Part shown: positions 59,455 through 64,000 of the stretch, one piece after another | How the letters are laid out: every line of letters begins with the position of its first letter | How positions within the stretch are numbered: position 1 is the stretch's first letter | Assembly (NCBI GenBank): GCA_039621445.1 | Contig: CP154954.1 | Coordinates: forward strand, 49,207,847 to 49,271,846 | Reading direction: 5' to 3' | DNA length: 64,000 nucleotides | Origin: Euglena gracilis | Taxonomy: Eukaryota | Program-made: the position numbers and the translations under genes | The notes under the pieces: generated by a model | The model's input: the letters and a program-made list of their open reading frames with translations, nothing else | Told to the model about the DNA's origin: nothing | Databases searched by the model: none

Positions 59455-62400
59455 GCGGGGGGGCCCCTCACTCAGTACAGTTCGGGGAGCTCGCTTATTA
59501 AACCAAATTTCTGGCCAGCCAAGGAACGTCCAGGGGTCCTCAACGAACTTTCTGAGGCAAATTTTTTGTCCGACAGAAGCCTGAAAAGTCAACTTAATTG
59601 TTCTTTTTTTTCCAGCAGCCCCAATCACCAAGGCTGCAACGCTGGCATTTTTCAAGGTCGTTATTATTGGTCAGTTGGAATGAAAAATGCCAATGCCAAT
59701 TGTAAAAGTGTGGCAGTTTGCTCATTCTTTTGTATCGTAGCAGGTTCGAGGACATACAATTTTTTTACCCCCCCCCCGAACTCCCTCCACTCTTCGAAAA
59801 ACCAGTTCGGCACTTTTTTCGGGAAACCAGGCAGTCACTACCCACCCCAGGGGGGTCGTCGGCCACTCTAGAATCCAAAGGAAATTTGACCAAAAACATG
59901 AAAAAAAAATGGCCCAAAAAATTTCCTGCACCTTCGGTGCCGGGTCATTTTAGTAGTTTTTTTGCTGACCCCTCCGGGGGGGGGGGGAGGTCTGGGCCAA
60001 AAACCAATCAGTCACTCTGAAAAAGCCAGTCATCCACCCCCCGGGGGGATGGGGTCGGCCAGTGACTAAGTGATTGTATTTTCCAGGATTCCAGTAAAAT
60101 CACCCCCCCACATCTGCAGCCATGCCCACACCCACAACCAGACAACCACCCACACCCCTCCACCAACCTAGCCACTGCTCACTCCCTCCCCCTGCCAGTG
60201 CCCCCCCCCCCCCAAACTTTCAACTCTGTCTGTGACCCTGAACTGCAGTGCTCGCTGCATATAGGGCCACTGACCCAGCGAACCGCATCCCCAGCGCCGA
60301 TATGCCGCGGGTGTCCGTTTGCCGGCCGTCACACCAGCAATAACATTTTGGTGGTCAGATATGTGTTTTTCTGGCTTGCTGGGATTCCCTGCAAATGAAC
60401 CTTGCCTGTTTGTTTGTGTCGTGTTTGATGACGGAGAACATTGGGATAAATGAATTCTTTCTCAGCGGGATTTTTTCCCACATCTTTTCACAGGTTATTG
60501 AACTGTTTTGCAGGGATTCCTTAAGCCGGCGGAGACCCAACCCACAGAGGAGGGGTCCAGTCAGCCAGCACGTTTTTATCAGCGAGCAGCTCCCAGCCAG
60601 GCTGCTGATCCCAAACACAGTTGGGGCCAGCCTAGCGAAGCTGGCCACGCTGGACCAAAAAACTTTTCGGCGCGAGTGCCGAAGTTTTTCAGAAAATGAG
60701 AGCCAAGGGTTGGGCGTTTTGTGCATTTTCGGAAGTTGACATTTAACATTTTCACGTTTGTGTGCAATTTCCAATCATGTGCAATTTATCGCATTTTTTT
60801 TCGCCTTGAATTTTTTCAGCACATTTTTTCCATTTTGGTGTTTTTTTGTCATTTATCATTTTTTTGTGCATTTTGGACAACATTTCATAATTTTGCATTT
60901 TTGCATTTTTGCATTTTTGAAAATTTTTGACTTTTTAAGCTTGTATTTTCGTCATAGTACCATATAATTCTTGTAAATTTGTTGCTGTTTTCCATTTTCA
61001 TGACTCTTGTGCTCTTCCTGTCAGATTCTGCACATTTTTGCGCATTTTTTTTTTGGAAAAAATGTACATTTTTTTGTGCATTTTGTGCATTTTTGACTGG
61101 TCAAGGTTGGCCAAAAAGTGGCATTTTTAAAGTGTTTTTGGTTTTTTAACCCCAAATTTTATGGGATCCGGTTTGATGATAAAACAGTCTTCATAAGTTG
61201 GTGTTTTCTTGAACCGAGGCTCAGTGGGTTCCCGGAAAAGTTCCACAAGGATGCCATTATGAATAATTCTCCCCAGAGGATGTACGATTTATTCCTCTCC
61301 CACAAAGAGGTATTCACCCTTGGGAGCCCTGGAGGAATTTACAATTCAACTTTTTTTTTTTGAGTTTTTGAGTGGTTTTGAGTTTGATTTGCGTGTTTTG
61401 ACAACGAAGGCCCACGTTGTTTTCACCCCCAGCTGAAGGATGGGGGTGTAATTGTGAGGAGGTGCAGGTTTCCTATGTCGGTTTATGTGCTATTTATATC
61501 TGTTCAGGTGCTATTCCAGTCGGATATTCTCAAGCCAGCGCCATATCCTGCACAGGTGGGGTTTGCAGGTGATTGGCCACAGCATGGACCCACCCATGGC
61601 GTTTCCATATTTCGCAGTGCCCATCAGCACAAAAGCCTCCAACCCCCAGCCACAAATTCTGTTCACCAACAGGGCGGTCCTTAAGGGACAGGAAAGTTTT
61701 TTTTATTATTTTCTTACGGACAGCCCCCCTTTCGGGCAAACTGGACCTGAACGGGGTCCCAAACTAAAAAGTCCAAAAAGCACATTTTTTGATGATTTGG
61801 GTGGATGGGCGATGGTCCAAGGATGCCAAGATTCAGTTTTTTCCCTGATGTCGACCTGTTGTCACCGAAGAATGCCCTGTGTGCTGGGCAGCGGAGTTTT
61901 TTTTTTCCCTTAAGGACCGCCCTGCTCACCAACTCATAAATGAACTCTCAATCTCAAAAACAAACAACAATCACAGCACACACCCAAGCTGTTGATGTCA
62001 GCCTACTCTGGCCCGACGGCCGATGGCCGTACATTGGCGCTCAGCATGAGGCATCTGGATCCAGCATTATCCGTGCTACCACAGGGAGTGCTGCAAACCA
62101 CAGGGAGTGTTGCACACATTGATCTGTCTCTGGTCCAAATCCAGGTGCCTCATTGTCCCCGTGAGCCCCTGCGCTTTCGCCGAGGATCCCACTGCTCCCG
62201 CCCGCCTGACGCTTTATGATAGTGGCACTCTTACCACACACACACCTTTCGCATGGATTGCACATGTGCACCAGAGACTTTTTTTTATAAGTGTGCTTAC
62301 CCAGGGGGGAAGGGGAGGCTGGGTGGGTGGGTCCACCCCCCCCCCCCCCCAGGGGGTCGGGCCAAGCACGCCGCCCAAGGTGGGATTCCCTTCTATTTTT

Positions 62401-62630
62401 GGCACGAAACAATTTCTTGGGACCTCAAAATTGACCCCAAAAGTTGGTTTCCCGAGCCCCCCCCCCCCAAGCCCCCCAGGGGTGGGTGGGCAGGTCTTGA
62501 CTCCCCCCCCCCCAGGTCCTGGAAAAGCCTCTGAGGCACACACACACACAAAGCACACAAACTCCCAATCCATAGACATTTCCACCCACGCCCACACTTC
62601 AAACACGGCCATCCTCACCTGTGCACAAAG

Positions 62631-62974
62631 TCAATGGCCCCCTCGGCAGACAGCCGAAAGGGGCCTCAGCTGCGCCGGCTGCCCAGCTGCGATTTCCCTC
62701 TTGCTTTCTGCCAGGGATGGTTGCTGGAGGCCTGCTGTCCTTGCCGGTTCTTGTATCAAATATGTTTGTCTCACATTTCCTAATGGACCTTTGTCACTCA
62801 GAGCAACATGTCTGGATTTTCCGCTGTTGGTTTTGTTGGTTGTGGAAGAAATCGTGCCTGTTTCGTTGCAGGCTGCAGGTAACCACTTTTTACAGTGAAA
62901 GGGTTTTGTGTTGTGTGTTTTTGTCTGTCGGTCAAGGTGTGTGTAAGTGTGTGTGTGTGCGTGCGTGCGTGTGC

Positions 62975-63013
<39 letters not shown>

Positions 63014-63115
63014 GGTATGCGTGTGGGAATTGTCCCGACCTGGAATTGCCCAATGCACCACTCCACGTGCGTGATTTTGGCGGAATATGCAAAACTGGCC
63101 TTTGCCTTTGCACTA
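62631..63115 (-). CDS. Possible exons of a further minus-strand gene (low-complexity product)
   Basis: Non-repetitive open stretches 63115-~63046 and 62870-62631, separated by a (CA)n-containing segment with CAGGT/ACCTG ends; no recognisable domain. Confidence 0.25.
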
Positions 63116-64000
63116 TTGCCAGCTGATGAAAAATGAATACTAGCAGCTCTCTGCGTGACACGTTGCACTCCGCCCTTCTGTTCTTTCACCATGGGGGTGC
63201 AGTGTCATTTTGCTAGTGGGGCGCAATGGGCAGAGCAGAAATAATGAGCAGAATGAGACATCATCTTCCCTCGCGTTATTTTTATCTCTCGCTTGCACTG
63301 CACTCTTCATTGCGAACCCGCAATGTCAACCCGTGGTTTACACAATTTACCCCCCCCCCCCGTAAAAGAAAGAACGCTCTTTTTTTTAAAAAAAATCTGT
63401 CGAGTCGGACTTCCAGGGGGGGTCTGACTTTTGGGCTTTGGAGGTCCGGCTGCCGGGGTCATCTGCCTCGCCAGATCTATTGCGGCCGGTCGTGTTTGAG
63501 GCCACATCCCAAGCCCCCCATCCCTGCGCCCCGGTCTGCGCCCTCACACCTCCTCCCCCCTCTTTGGTGACTTTGGGCCGTGGAGGCGCTGACCGCTGGC
63601 CAGGCGTCTTTCCCCCCCAACCCTGGCCGCCCAAAGGTATTTCCGATTTGTGAGCCACATGGGATTCTACCCCCCGTCTGTCTGTCGTCCTGCCAGCCGG
63701 CACCTTTTTGGCACCTTGCTCAGGGCTCAGAGCAGAGGACCATTATTCAGGTTGCCGGACCACCTTTTTGGTCGACTGAAATGAAACGTTGGGTATCGCT
63801 TTGTCCAGTGGGATCAGCCCATAAACTTTCAATTGCAAAGTGCAAAAAAAATTCTGGGAAATTTTGCAGAGTCTTCCTACGAACGCTCGAAATGGTTTCA
63901 AAATATGATTTGAGGCGGGTTGAAAGTGAGGTTTGCACCAGAATGATGTATCCCCCAGAGTATGCCCCCCAACCGTTTGGGTTTGGGAAAATAGGATGTG

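Overview
Eukaryotic, extremely repeat-rich DNA whose intron structure points to a euglenid (Euglena-like). All coordinates were read by hand. (1) A plus-strand kinesin gene (motor + short coiled coil + C2-like tail resembling KIF28/KLP-6; N-terminus not located) spans ~36.5-55.9 kb in 15 exons. None of its 14 introns is GT-AG. Their ends base-pair, and 12 of 14 follow the euglenid 'nonconventional' register, with the stem starting at intron +4 (usually CAG) and ending at -6 (usually CTG). (2) There are fragmentary minus-strand exons, including an F-box exon at ~16.4 kb. (3) The rest is densely nested miniature DNA transposons. At least six families end in CAG...CTG-type inverted repeats with perfect 8-bp target-site duplications (hAT signature), and one retains a CGGBP1-like hAT zinc-finger remnant. 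Other families are TA-flanked MITEs, foldbacks, minisatellites and a possible tyrosine-recombinase remnant. Main observation: the intron register (3 nt + CAG ... CTG + 5 nt) removes exactly element + 8 nt, i.e. one hAT TSD, so these MITEs would be spliced out without a scar. One copy (12980-13369) interrupts a coding-like ORF in exactly this configuration. Most ORFs in the supplied track are repeat artefacts.
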